The notes under the pieces were generated by a model that searched no databases, was not told where the DNA came from, and saw nothing but the letters and a program-made list of their open reading frames with translations. Positions 40,401 through 51,318 of a stretch of 64,000 nt of DNA are shown piece by piece. The first letter of the stretch is position 1. Each line of letters begins with the position of its first letter. This stretch comes from an uncultured delta proteobacterium. Its GTDB lineage: Bacteria; Myxococcota_A; UBA9160; UBA4427. Where the stretch lies: positions 448,001 to 512,000 of the forward strand of contig CAWGJT010000012.1 in the NCBI GenBank assembly GCA_963822965.1. The letters run 5' to 3'. The translations under genes were made by a program, and so were the position numbers.

Positions 40401-40436
40401 TAGAACGATCGCGATCTTCGAGTGACCCTTGAACAT
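37407..40436 (-). CDS. 1009-aa secreted protein: thrombospondin type-3 / EF-hand-like N-terminus and a probable six-hairpin glycosidase-like body
   Basis: Signal peptide, DSDNDGIADPVDNC..NPDQRD, DIDGDGLVEWDD; helical motifs ADYLRHSGD, GYKDSYVN, ENGG, FVEGVLGL. Long uninterrupted ORF in lower-GC DNA. Confidence 0.75.
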   Translation of the reverse strand: MFKGHSKIAIVLVGVVFATTAVAAVDSDNDGIADPVDNCSATYNPDQRDDAADGYGNLCDCDVDQDENSQCDSNDTAIEIDDMCLTNPAFSNSVVDCFQWIVDHWDGSWELSGRATDIDGDGLVEWDDVQLLVAAKTANGGVPGPGATCALGEVDSAGCQPYPAPTVASRVWTVETDGTVVDTESLVQGFVLPGAVLGDAFYGDWHHPSYALSNNGVFARKTWDEGAMFQGSLIARKLASLGSPADPEFSGWERDLEILRNWLLTMPQDDTRRVFATEEKKWHAEGAIWEANAEYVIMAADYLRHSGDVSFFASRPTRIVCFQPSAGGGLKLASQAGVGDQICDDDVDTIEMRADSYKEWPSAPQSTAVDVIDSVVPYTCQPIVESTRILESEGKALGQYFDLDEDADEIRIPVFGRLAEEALDGWPFTIRVTKDGVEVARRDCIDSVHQHGWVAVTPSTSTFEPGRYHVELIAVTSKDDLLPPELGGPPDPDLSALGCTDWIDCKDIAFWIGSSWLSLTGAASSSLYEAQTRMFTGERFPVGWPDEANLHSVNLPGKLLTAMLWQYTQAMKDPTANPNDPENYGVLVVPDASFSGSGKNSDMSSTHYDLILSGYKDSYVNMLFLESMDAYLRLQEAQVVWPVVTPALRASIENDIVANLVPQDGRVYSWVGCDSSSQTSLTCDRTLTPNQVGGEDQHPVDLGLMSTQALAARFVRGPQGDAIRAALGDMRDDARTTDGVFQTNVTAIEDAGPEYWQPQRTWDSIDGNGLAVPTLQCGDWHLFPVGKDGYGNFGLNEENGGALLGTTALIMEAGIYAGIYSDWKGLTAHLARVRDQLEEEHVWALPELEVDMLSGPLDASHPEYLQTSVIDPDVKAMCEARRGYQDFISPPDPDDRVLAPRDKLDEEQCDYYQNLQHYLPENGAYVFAFVEGVLGLDVDPDGTIAVYGSDVPIEGGAGPVAISLPANASQSWPSELAEVHVDGLWAGGSQISLGCRRNGALLWCEAETD

Positions 40437-40659
40437 GTTCCCGCCTCATCGGTTTCGATCACTTCTATCACATCGTCTCTGTCGGGGGGCACAGTTCTCT
40501 GTAGTCGAAAGCGCGGCACGGTCGTCGTGCACCTTCGACGGGTGCGCAGGCGACCGTGCGTTCTTAAGTGGCACCCACTCGCGCAGGGCGCGCAGGGGGA
40601 GGTCCCCCATCGGCGGATGATCGCATCGGGAGTCTTTCGCTACGCTCCGCGCTTCCTAC

Positions 40660-41664
40660 TTGGAGTTGGAGCAGATCAACGTGGGCAAGGACTCTCCGAA
40701 GCGAGGGGCTTCCTGGCGGACGCGGGTGCTTGCCCTGGCCGTGGGGTGTGTGGCCGCGGTGGGCGTCGTGCTGGGCGGCGCGCGGCTGCTCGATCTCGAC
40801 CTCCGCTGGGCGCTCCACAAGACGCTGGTGCGGCTGCTGCCCCAGGAATCCCTGCACATGGCGGTGCCCCATCCGACGCGCGGCGCCTCGCTCATCCCGG
40901 GCCGGGTGACACGGCACACCACCGACGAGTTCGACGTCGTCTATACCATCGACGATCTCGGCAACCGGCGGATTCCCGGCGCTCGAGACGGTCTACCCGT
41001 CGTCGAGCTGCTCGGCGATTCCTACACCTTCGGCCACGGGGTGGAGGACGACGAGGTCTACGCGGCGCTGCTGAACGACCGGTGGACCGGCTACACGCTG
41101 CGCAACCGCGCCGTGATGGGCTGGTGTCAGGTGCCGAACGCGTTGGTCCTCGACGAGGATCTCGAACGCGGGGAGGACCTGGCGCTCGTCCTCTACGGCT
41201 GGCTCTACGTGCACGACGAGCGGTCCTTCGATTTCTTGCGCGGCTCGTCGGCTCCGTTCCCGGGCTGGCTGAAGACCCTGCAGCGCGAGGTGGAGGTAGC
41301 ACCGTCGTTCGGACCGGGCCGTGCCGCGGCCGAACGCGAGCTGGGAAGGGCGCTGCTGCGGCACATGAAGCGGGCCGCCGGCGAGCGGAGCATCCCGTTC
41401 GGCGTCGTGATCCTGGCCATGCCGGGCTGGGCGCCGCAGGAGGACGGGGCCAATGCGCTGATCCCCTTTCTCGAGAGCGAGGGCATTGCCTACGTCGACC
41501 TGCAGCACGATCCGCGCTTCGCGTCGCGAGACGGACTGCAGTACCCGAAGGACTCGCACCCCACTCCCGAATACCATCGCCGCGCCGCCCAGGCGATCGC
41601 CGAGCGATTCACGCCCGGAGAGCCGCCGGGTGCCGGCGGCCGGGCGACGATCGATCAGAAGTAG
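40660..41664 (+). CDS. SGNH hydrolase-like membrane-anchored protein
   Basis: N-terminal TM, LGDSYTFGHGV, KDSHPTPEYH. Confidence 0.78.
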   Translation: MELEQINVGKDSPKRGASWRTRVLALAVGCVAAVGVVLGGARLLDLDLRWALHKTLVRLLPQESLHMAVPHPTRGASLIPGRVTRHTTDEFDVVYTIDDLGNRRIPGARDGLPVVELLGDSYTFGHGVEDDEVYAALLNDRWTGYTLRNRAVMGWCQVPNALVLDEDLERGEDLALVLYGWLYVHDERSFDFLRGSSAPFPGWLKTLQREVEVAPSFGPGRAAAERELGRALLRHMKRAAGERSIPFGVVILAMPGWAPQEDGANALIPFLESEGIAYVDLQHDPRFASRDGLQYPKDSHPTPEYHRRAAQAIAERFTPGEPPGAGGRATIDQK

Positions 41665-42965
41665 TAGCCCTGCCCCCGGTGGCGGACGACGTCGGGGACG
41701 TCCTTGCGCCGGTGGATCCCAGAGTAGTGCGTGATGATCGCCTTGCGCTGCAGCGACCGATCGCGCGGCGGGCTGCCCCGGTGCAGCAGGCGCCCGTTCC
41801 AGATCAGGACGTCGCCCTTGCGCCCGAGGAAGGCCTGCGCCTTCTCGTCGCGACGCGCGATCTCCTGGCGGACGAGCGGACCCACGAAGGACTCGGACGT
41901 CTTCGTCCAGTCCTGGGTGCGGTCTTCCGGCTCGACGAAGCGCAGCACCCGGTCCCTGCGGAGCGCGAACCAGCGGTGCGAGCCGGGGATGTACTCGAAC
42001 GGTCCCGCCTCCGGTGAGATCTCGTCGAGGGCGAACCAGACCGCCAGGTAGTGATTGTTGACCGACGGCGGGTTCAGGTAGTCGTCCTGGTGCCAGTCCC
42101 GCTCGGTGCTCACCCAGCCCGTGAGGTTCAGGTGCATGCCCATGGGCTCGCCGATCAGCCTCTCCAGCACGTCCATCAGCGGCCCATGGAGACAGAGATC
42201 CTTGATCTCTGGGACCTGGAGATAGGGATTGACGCTGGGGTAGCCGCCGGGACGATCGAGCTTCTCGCGCACCCGGCAGTAGGGGTCGATGAGCGTGTCC
42301 GGAATGAAGCGCTCGAGGATCAGGTAGCCGTTCTCCCGCCAGAAGCGCTGGTGCTCGTCGAGGTCGCTCTCGTCGAGCTCCCGACGATCGAGCAGCGGCA
42401 GGGAGGCGTCGGGCATCTCCTCGCAGAGATCCTCCAGCGAGGGATCGTGCAGCGCCGGAACCCGGCCGGCGCGGAAGCTCGCGTCGCGCACCTCGGCGCT
42501 GCAACCGGGCGCGACGTAGATGCACGCCCGCAGCCGCGTGGCGTCGAACGGGACGATCTCCCGGAGGGAGAGACGCTCCCAGCCCGGGCAGCCAGCGGCG
42601 CGATCCGCCCAGCGGTCCTCGCCCTTCTGGTGGTGGACCGAGAGCCACGCCCCGCCGCGGGTCTCGCAGCGCACCCGAACCGAGAGCTCGTAGCTCTTGC
42701 TCCGATGCGCCTCGGGCGGCTCGAGGTCGAAGAAGACGATGGTCGAGCCGCGGCCGCGATTCTCGATGCGGAGCGCATGGCCTCCCTCGACCAGGTCGAC
42801 CACCCGGGCGCTCCCCCGGCCGTCCTCGGAGAACAGCTGCCAGCGTCCGGGCGCTTCCCCGGAGCCGGGCGCCAGGCGCACCAGCGACACCTCGGGGAGC
42901 AGCTCCTCGTCGCTGGCGGCAGGGGCGAGCGACTCGCGCGCGAGGGAGCTGGGGGATTCGGGCAT
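41655..42965 (-). CDS. Phytanoyl-CoA dioxygenase (PhyH) family Fe(II)/2OG enzyme with an N-terminal beta domain
   Basis: FWRENGYLIL, WHQD, WFALDEI..EAGP, IPGSH, GDVLIWNGRLLHRG. Confidence 0.85.
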   Translation of the reverse strand: MPESPSSLARESLAPAASDEELLPEVSLVRLAPGSGEAPGRWQLFSEDGRGSARVVDLVEGGHALRIENRGRGSTIVFFDLEPPEAHRSKSYELSVRVRCETRGGAWLSVHHQKGEDRWADRAAGCPGWERLSLREIVPFDATRLRACIYVAPGCSAEVRDASFRAGRVPALHDPSLEDLCEEMPDASLPLLDRRELDESDLDEHQRFWRENGYLILERFIPDTLIDPYCRVREKLDRPGGYPSVNPYLQVPEIKDLCLHGPLMDVLERLIGEPMGMHLNLTGWVSTERDWHQDDYLNPPSVNNHYLAVWFALDEISPEAGPFEYIPGSHRWFALRRDRVLRFVEPEDRTQDWTKTSESFVGPLVRQEIARRDEKAQAFLGRKGDVLIWNGRLLHRGSPPRDRSLQRKAIITHYSGIHRRKDVPDVVRHRGQGYYF

Positions 42966-42989
42966 TCCGCGCTCCTGGCCCGGCAGGGA

Positions 42990-44103
42990 TCAGCGCCCCG
43001 CGACCGCCCGCCGGTAGACGTCGAGGGTCTCGACGGCGATGTCGTCCCAGGTGCGGGACTGGGCCCGCTTGAGCCCCTTCTCGACCAGCTGGGCGCGCAG
43101 GTCGGCGCTGTCCAGCAGCTGCTCGATGGCGCGCAGCAGGCCGTCGGAGCGGTCGAGATCGACGAAGGCCGACGAGGTCTCGAACAGCTCCGTGAGCGAC
43201 GAGTTCTTCGCCAGCAGCACCGGCGCGCCGCAGGCCATGGCCTCCAGCGGCGGCAGACCGAATCCCTCGTAGAGCGACGGGTAGACGAAGAGCGCGCAGA
43301 GCGAGTAGAGGGCCGCCAGATCGCCCTCGGCGACGGGGCCGATCAGGTGCACGTCGCGCCCCTCCTCGAGCCCGTTCTGGCGCAGCACCTGTCGGATGTG
43401 GGCCAGGTACTTGGGCTCGCCGCGACCCGCGATCACCAGGCTCTCGCGCCTTCCGGCGTCCTTCAGGGCCGCCACCGCGTCGAGCACCGAAGGGAGGTTC
43501 TTGCGGGGCTCGACGGAGCCCACGTAGAGGAGGAAGCGGTCGGGAAGCCCGTAGCGCTCGCGCACCGCCGCCGAGCGCCCGCTCGTCGTGCACCCGCTCG
43601 AGGTTCGCGCCGGCGGCGAGGTAGATCACGTCGATCTTGTCCGGCGGAATGCGATGACACCGAACCAGGTCGCGCTTCGTGTTCATGGAGTCGGCGATGA
43701 TGCGGACGGCCCGGTGGCAGAGCTTCGGCAGCAGGCGGTGGCGCAGGCGCCGGCGCATCGGATGCGTCTGCGGCAGCAGGGTCACGCTGAGATCGTGGAC
43801 CGTGATGACCGTGGGGAAGGGCGCGGAGAGCGGCGCCATGTAGTTCGTGCCGTGGTAGAGATCCACCTTGCCGGGGACCGACGTGAGCCGCACCTGGTCC
43901 ACGAAGCGCGCCATCGGGAAGCGGTCGGTGTAGGCGCGCACGTTCGGGCCGAACGACGGCTCGTCCCAGCTCCGGGGAAGACCGCACAGGGCGTACTGGC
44001 TCTCGCGATCGGCACGCGCCAGCGCCTCCACGAGGCTCTGGGTGTAGCGGCGAACGCCGCCCCACGGTCCCGCGAGCGGTCGACAGTCGATCGCGATTCT
44101 CAT
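42990..44103 (-). CDS. GT4 family glycosyltransferase (one apparent +1 frameshift near 43572)
   Basis: MRIAID, GGVRRY, TVHDLS, VGSVEPRKN, PSLYEGFGLPPLEAMACG. Confidence 0.9.
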
Positions 44104-44296
44104 CTACGAAGGATCCACCCTCGGGGGATAGCGAAACAGGTTCTCACGCCTCGCGCGAACGGTAGCGAGCCTGATTCTGGCCAGCTATCGAAAATCCCGT
44201 ACGCGGACGGGCCCTGATCCGATCGGACAGCGCCCTGCCCTGCCCGGTTCCGCACGCAGCTTCGAGACGGACAGCCCGCGTTCCGACGGGAAACGC

Positions 44297-45214
44297 TCAG
44301 GCTCCTTCGAACAGATCGAAGAGCTCCTGGAAGGCCTTGGGCTGTTTCCCCACGGCCGACGACGGAACCAGGATGGGCGTCCGCAGCCCCGCGTCGCGCC
44401 AGGCCTCGAGCCCTTCGAGCACCTTCGAGGCGGGCCCGAAGAGCGTTGTGTCATTCAGCCACGCGTCGGACATGAGCGACGGCAGGCTCTCGCGGTCCCC
44501 CTTGGCGAGAGCCGCCTCGATGACCTCCATCTCCTCCACGTAGCCCGCCTCCTTCCAGTAGTTCCGGTAGTTGGGAAGCGTCACGTAGAGGCACAGGGTG
44601 CGGCGATTCACCTCAGCGGCCGCCTTCTCGTCCTCGGAGATGCAGGTGGGGAGCATGTCCCCAATGAAGAACCCGGGATCCGCCCGCTTCTCCGCGGGCA
44701 ACGCCGCGAGCGAGCGCGCCAGATGCGAGCGCGCCACGTTGGCGAACACGACGCCCTGCCCGAGCTCGCCGGCGAGCCCCACCATCTTCGAGCGCAGCCC
44801 CGCCACCACCACCGGCGGCAGCTCACCCACCCGAGGCACCGCGGCCAGCTCCGTCAGGAAGCCGCGCATGTCCGCCAGCGGCTTGCCGGGGACGACCCCG
44901 AGCCGGCGGTTCATCGGGTCGTGGCTCACGCCGACCCCGAAGCGGAAGCGTCCGTCCGACAGCTCGTGGATGAGCGAGGCCGTGACCGCGTACTCCGAGA
45001 CGTGACGGCTGTAGATGTTGACGATCGCCGTGCCGAAGGGGATGCGTCGGGTCGCGAAGGCCAGCGCTTCGCACAGGCCGAGCCCGTCGCCGAAGCTCGC
45101 GCAGTAGATGCCCGAGAAGCCGCGCCGCTCGATCTCGGCCGCCAGCTCGAGGGTCCACTTGCGCCGGCCCGGGACGGCCGCCAGGGCCACCGCCGGTAGA
45201 GCTGCCTTCGCCAT
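44297..45214 (-). CDS. LLM (luciferase-like) class oxidoreductase, possibly F420-dependent
   Basis: TRRIPFGTAIVNIYSR, LSDGRFRFGVGVSH, VAGLRSKMVGLAGELGQG. Confidence 0.82.
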   Translation of the reverse strand: MAKAALPAVALAAVPGRRKWTLELAAEIERRGFSGIYCASFGDGLGLCEALAFATRRIPFGTAIVNIYSRHVSEYAVTASLIHELSDGRFRFGVGVSHDPMNRRLGVVPGKPLADMRGFLTELAAVPRVGELPPVVVAGLRSKMVGLAGELGQGVVFANVARSHLARSLAALPAEKRADPGFFIGDMLPTCISEDEKAAAEVNRRTLCLYVTLPNYRNYWKEAGYVEEMEVIEAALAKGDRESLPSLMSDAWLNDTTLFGPASKVLEGLEAWRDAGLRTPILVPSSAVGKQPKAFQELFDLFEGA

Positions 45215-45464
45215 GCTGCTCGTCCCCTCCCCGCTGGCCCGGGTGCGCTGCCCGTGCGCGAGCACCCGGCAGAGGCCGCGAGTCTACCAGCCGCGCCCGG
45301 GTGCCCCACGGGTAGGCCGAGGCCGTCCCGTTTGCCGCCCCGATGACCACCGGGGCCGAAGAATTGGGCAGCGGGCATCGCACCCGGGCCGGCGCCAAGG
45401 CGTCTCACGTGCCGATCTCTGCCCATTCGGGCCCCGAATCGCGCGAGCGGGCCCGATGCCGCCT

Positions 45465-45480
45465 TGGCACGCCCGTTGCT
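45465..45480 (+). promoter_or_regulatory. sigma54 promoter of amtB-glnK
   Basis: TGGCACGcccgTTGCT, a full consensus match ~100 bp before the amtB ATG. Confidence 0.88.
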
Positions 45481-45578
45481 CTAGAGCGCCACGACCCGGC
45501 GAGCCGGGGGGGCGCGGGCAGACGACCTCGTCCCATCGACTTACGACCGAAATCGAACCCTCGAATACGGAGATCCAA

Positions 45579-47367
<1,789 letters not shown>

Positions 47368-47392
47368 GAAGCAATCGCAACGCCATTCGCGA

Positions 47393-47436
47393 GGAGACGG
47401 GGCCGGTGGGGCGCAAGCCGCACCGGCCCTTTCTCC
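47393..47436 (+). terminator. Terminator-like hairpin after glnK
   Basis: GGGCCGGTG...GCAA loop...CACCGGCCC followed by TTTCT. Confidence 0.65.
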
Positions 47437-47547
47437 GTCCGGCCGGCGTCCCGGGCTCGCTCGTCTGGATCGCGTTCACCCCGCGCGGCCCGACCCCCGC
47501 CGAGCCCGCTCCATCCCGCGCGCCGCACGCGCTATAAACAGCGGCCC

Positions 47548-48750
47548 ATGTCCTCCCCGCGCGATCCCGAGACCATCGTCGTGGTGGGCGCGTCCCTGGC
47601 CGGGCTGCGCGCCATCGAGGCCCTGCGCCGGGAGGGCCATGACGGCCGCATCGTCGCGATCGGCGCCGAAGCGCACCTGCCCTACGACCGCCCGCCGCTC
47701 TCGAAGCAGTTCCTGAAGGGCGACTGGGAGGCGGATCGCCTGTGGCTGCGGCGCGAGGGCGTGGACGACCTCGAGGTGGAGTGGCGGCTCGGCGCGCGCG
47801 CGAGCGCCCTCGACCTGCCGGGCCGCGCGGTGCTGCTCGAAGGCGGCGAGCGCGTGGGCTACGACCGCCTGCTCGTGGCCACGGGCGCGGTCGCCCGGCG
47901 GCTGCCCTTCGGCGAGGGCCTCGCAGGCGTGCACGCACTGCGGTCCCTCGACGACGCCGCGGCGCTCCGCGCCGACCTGGCCCGGGCGGACCGGGTGGTG
48001 ATCGTCGGCGCGGGCTTCATCGGCATGGAGGTGGCGGCCACCTGCCGCCGCCGCGGCCTCGCCGTGACGGTCGTCGAGCCCCTGCCGCATCCGCTGATGC
48101 GCGGCCTCGGCCCCGTGCTGGGCGCCTGGGCGGGCGAGCACCACCAGGACCAGGGCATCGTCCTGCGTTGCGGCGTGGGCGTCGCGGGCCTCGAGGGCGG
48201 CACCCGGGTGGAACGCGTGCGGCTCGGCGACGGAACCACCCTGGAGGCGGACGTGGTGCTGCTGGGGGTCGGTAGCCGGCCGGCGACCGACTGGCTCGAA
48301 GGATCGGGCCTCGCGCTCGAGGACGGCGTCGACTGCGACGCCAGCGGTGCCACCTCGCACCCCGACGTCTTCGCGGCGGGAGACGTCGCCCGCTGGAACG
48401 GCGTACGTCTCGAGCACTGGACGAGCGCCGTCGAGCAGGGCACCCACGTGGCCGCACGCCTGCTGAAGGGAAAGGAGGCTGGCGACCTGGCACACCTCCC
48501 CTACGTGTGGACGGACCAGTTCGACCTGCGGCTCCAGATCGCCGGTCACGTGCAGCCGGGGGACGAGATGCGCGTGTGCCACGGCAGCCTGGAAGGAGCA
48601 GCCGAGGACCGCCGCTTCCTTGCGCTCTTCGGGCGCGCGGGCAGGCTCGTGGCCGCCGTCGGCAACAAGCGGCCGCGTCAGCTGATGGCGGCGCGGAAGC
48701 TCATCGCCTGCGGGACGTCCTTCGAAGAAGCGATCGCCGCCAATCCGTGA
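47548..48750 (+). CDS. NAD(P)/FAD-dependent ferredoxin reductase
   Basis: VGASLAG, PYDRPPLSK, GAGFIGME, AAGDVA, RLEHW, PYVWTDQF. Confidence 0.9.
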   Translation: MSSPRDPETIVVVGASLAGLRAIEALRREGHDGRIVAIGAEAHLPYDRPPLSKQFLKGDWEADRLWLRREGVDDLEVEWRLGARASALDLPGRAVLLEGGERVGYDRLLVATGAVARRLPFGEGLAGVHALRSLDDAAALRADLARADRVVIVGAGFIGMEVAATCRRRGLAVTVVEPLPHPLMRGLGPVLGAWAGEHHQDQGIVLRCGVGVAGLEGGTRVERVRLGDGTTLEADVVLLGVGSRPATDWLEGSGLALEDGVDCDASGATSHPDVFAAGDVARWNGVRLEHWTSAVEQGTHVAARLLKGKEAGDLAHLPYVWTDQFDLRLQIAGHVQPGDEMRVCHGSLEGAAEDRRFLALFGRAGRLVAAVGNKRPRQLMAARKLIACGTSFEEAIAANP

Positions 48751-48792
48751 AGCCCGCCGTGAAGCCCGCCGTGAAGCCCGCCGTGAAGCCCG
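48745..48792. repeat. 12-bp tandem repeat x4 containing the reductase stop codon
   Basis: CCGTGAAGCCCG repeated four times. Confidence 0.95.
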
Positions 48793-48822
48793 AGGGCGAG
48801 CGCCACGACACGCCCGGGTGCG

Positions 48823-49302
48823 TCAGGGCTCGCAGGCGCCGGGCACCTTCTCCCAGATGAGCGTCGTGCCCCGGTACATGCAGCCCGCCCGGCCGGCGGC
48901 CACGTCCGGCGTGGGTGCGGACTTCGGAGCGGCGTCCGCCTTGGCGTCCTCGCCGGGCTTGGCGTCCTCGCCGGCCTCGGCGACGGTCTCATCGGCGGTC
49001 TTGGCGGCGGCCTTCTCGGCGAAGCCCGACTTCGCGGGCGGCGGGGCGGGGACGGCGTGCTGCGCATCTTCCGCCCGAGCATCCTCCTCCCGAGCCTTCT
49101 TGAGCTCGCGGGCCTGGTCGATGATCTCCTTCAGCTCGTCGACGCCGACCTCGTCCTTGGGCGGGCTGGATTCGGGGGCATAGGCTGGAAAGCGACGAAG
49201 CTCGCCCGCCAGGGCGGTCTGCGGCAGGCAGGCGCCCAGCAGCAGCACCACCCCGAGCGCGACGACCGATCCCCAAAGGGCTTGTCGGATGCGAGGGTCC
49301 AT
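48823..49302 (-). CDS. Hypothetical exported protein with an A/K/E/P-rich linker and a C-terminal Cys pair
   Basis: Hydrophobic N-terminus (LLGAC possible lipobox, or ALA cleavage), GC3-rich codons, GCMYRG...GACEP end. Confidence 0.65.
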   Translation of the reverse strand: MDPRIRQALWGSVVALGVVLLLGACLPQTALAGELRRFPAYAPESSPPKDEVGVDELKEIIDQARELKKAREEDARAEDAQHAVPAPPPAKSGFAEKAAAKTADETVAEAGEDAKPGEDAKADAAPKSAPTPDVAAGRAGCMYRGTTLIWEKVPGACEP

Positions 49303-49386
49303 GTGGTTCTGCGTATCGGCAGGTCGGGCACTACACTCGAGCCCGGGCTGGAATCCAGCCGAAATCCCCTCGACCCCGGAGCCCCC

Positions 49387-50586
49387 ATGAGCAGCCGATC
49401 CCTGGACGACCTCAAGCGCAGCGTCTGCGAGGCCGTCGACGAGATGGCCCAGCAGCTGCTGGACGTCTCCCACGCCATCCACGCCAACCCCGAGCTCTCG
49501 TTCGAGGAGCGCGAGGCCTGCAAGCTGCTGGTCTCGACCCTCGAGAAGGCCGGCCTGGAGGTGGAGCCCGGGGCCTACGGCCTGGAGACGGCCTTCGCGA
49601 CGGGCTTCGGCGGCGCGGGCTCCGAGGCGGGCTGCGTGGCGCTGGTGGCCGAGTACGACGCCCTGCCCCAGATCGGCCACGCCTGCGGGCACAACATCAT
49701 CGCCACCGCGTCCGTCGGGGCGGGGCTGGCCCTGCACGCCCTGGGCGCCCGCCTGCCGGGCCGCGTGCGCATCCTGGGCACGCCCGCCGAAGAGCGCGGC
49801 GGCGGCAAGGAGCTGATGGCCCGCCAGGGCGCCTTCGAGGGCGTCGACGCCGCCATGATGGTGCACCCGGCGGGGGTGAACCTGGTGGACATGCCGTCCA
49901 TCGCGGTGGCGGACGTGACGGCCGTCTACCACGGGACCGCCGCGCACGCGTCGGCCATGCCCGAGCGCGGCCGCAACGCGCTCGACGCGCTGGTGATCGC
50001 GTACCAGGCGATCGGCGCGCTGCGCCAGCACATCCGCCCCAGCGAGCGCATCCACGGCATCATCACCGACGGCGGGCAGGCGCCCAACATCGTGCCCGAA
50101 CGCGCGGCCGGCCGCTTCTACGTGCGCGCCCGCAACGAGCGCGAGCTGGCGCCCCTGAAGGAGCGGGTGGTGGCCTGCTTCCGCGCGGGCGCCGAGGCGA
50201 CGGGCACGGAGGTGGAGCTCGAGTGGAGTCCCGTGGACTATCTCGCGATCCGCTTCAACGAGCCCCTGGCCGCCTGCTACAAGGCCAACGCCGAGCGACT
50301 CGGCCGCGAGTTCGTGCCCCTGGACGCCATGCCGACGCGGTTCGCCGGCAGCACGGACATGGGCAACGTGAGTCACCGGGTGCCGTCGATCCACCCGATG
50401 ATCGCCGCGGCCCCCCCGCACTGCACGATCCACAACGCCGAGTTCGCCGTGCACGCGGGCGGCGCGCTCGGCGACGCAGCCGCCCTCGACGGCGCCAAGG
50501 CCCTGGCGATGACGGCCCTCGACTTCCTGTGCGACGCCGACCTGCGCGAGCGCGCCCGCAACGTCTTCGAGGCCTTCGCGGAGTAG
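49387..50586 (+). CDS. M20 family amidohydrolase
   Basis: HANPELSFEE, AEYDALP, HACGHN, GTPAEE, GSTDMGNVS. Confidence 0.92.
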   Translation: MSSRSLDDLKRSVCEAVDEMAQQLLDVSHAIHANPELSFEEREACKLLVSTLEKAGLEVEPGAYGLETAFATGFGGAGSEAGCVALVAEYDALPQIGHACGHNIIATASVGAGLALHALGARLPGRVRILGTPAEERGGGKELMARQGAFEGVDAAMMVHPAGVNLVDMPSIAVADVTAVYHGTAAHASAMPERGRNALDALVIAYQAIGALRQHIRPSERIHGIITDGGQAPNIVPERAAGRFYVRARNERELAPLKERVVACFRAGAEATGTEVELEWSPVDYLAIRFNEPLAACYKANAERLGREFVPLDAMPTRFAGSTDMGNVSHRVPSIHPMIAAAPPHCTIHNAEFAVHAGGALGDAAALDGAKALAMTALDFLCDADLRERARNVFEAFAE

Positions 50587-50593
50587 CCCGCCC

Positions 50594-51157
50594 GTGCAGT
50601 CGATCCACGAGAGCGTATTCGTCGCGCCCGGTGCGCAGATCTACGGCCGGGTGGAGCTGGCCGAGGGGGCTTCGGTGTGGCCCAACGCGGTGATCCGCGC
50701 CGAGGCCAACCACGTGCAGGTGGGTCGCTACTCGAACCTGCAGGACTTCGTGATGGTCCACGTGGGCTACGACCACCCGACCCGCATCGGCGCCTTCTGC
50801 TCGATCACCCATCACGCCACCGTGCACGGCGCCACCGTGGAGGACGCGTGCCTCGTGGGCATCAACGCCACCCTGATGGACGGCGCGGTGATCGGCGCCG
50901 GATCGATCGTGGCGGGCGGCGCCTTCGTCACCGAGGGCAGCGTGTTTCCACCCGGATCGATCATCGCCGGGGTGCCCGCCAGGGTGATCCGCGAACGCGA
51001 CATGAGCCGCGCCAACCGGCTCAACGCCTGGCAGTACCACCGCAACGCCCAGGCCTACCGGCGCGGCGATCACCGCGCCTGGACGGGCCCGGAGTACGAG
51101 GCCTGGCTTCGGGATCTGCGCGAGGTCGTGGAGTCCGACGGCGACCTGGAGCGCTGA
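50594..51157 (+). CDS. Gamma carbonic anhydrase family hexapeptide-repeat protein
   Basis: SVWPNAVIR, SNLQD..MVH, HHATVHG, hexapeptide repeats. Confidence 0.9.
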   Translation: MQSIHESVFVAPGAQIYGRVELAEGASVWPNAVIRAEANHVQVGRYSNLQDFVMVHVGYDHPTRIGAFCSITHHATVHGATVEDACLVGINATLMDGAVIGAGSIVAGGAFVTEGSVFPPGSIIAGVPARVIRERDMSRANRLNAWQYHRNAQAYRRGDHRAWTGPEYEAWLRDLREVVESDGDLER

Positions 51158-51259
51158 GCGTCCCCGGCCCGGCCGCCTGGGTCGTCGCCCTGCACCCCCG
51201 CTCGGCGCGGCACGGACGCTTCGAGGCGCCATCGCCCCGCGGGAAGCGCGAGACGCCGC

Positions 51260-51303
51260 TTGACCGGGGTCCGGGATCTTGATAGAACTAGCGCTCGTTA
51301 GTT
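51260..51303 (+). promoter_or_regulatory. Candidate sigma70 promoter overlapped by a palindromic TetR-type operator
   Basis: TTGACC-17 bp-TAGAAC. Imperfect 18-bp palindrome AACTAgCGctCGtTAGTT at 51286-51303. Confidence 0.65.
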
Positions 51304-51318
51304 TATCGAGGATCCGCG

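Noticed and set aside
40569..40585. sigma54 promoter-like TGGCAC before the SGNH gene
   Set aside because: The GG-to-GC spacing is not 10 nt.
45215..45464. NtrC enhancer boxes upstream of amtB
   Set aside because: Only weak partial matches to TGCACC-N5-GGTGCA; not supportable by eye.
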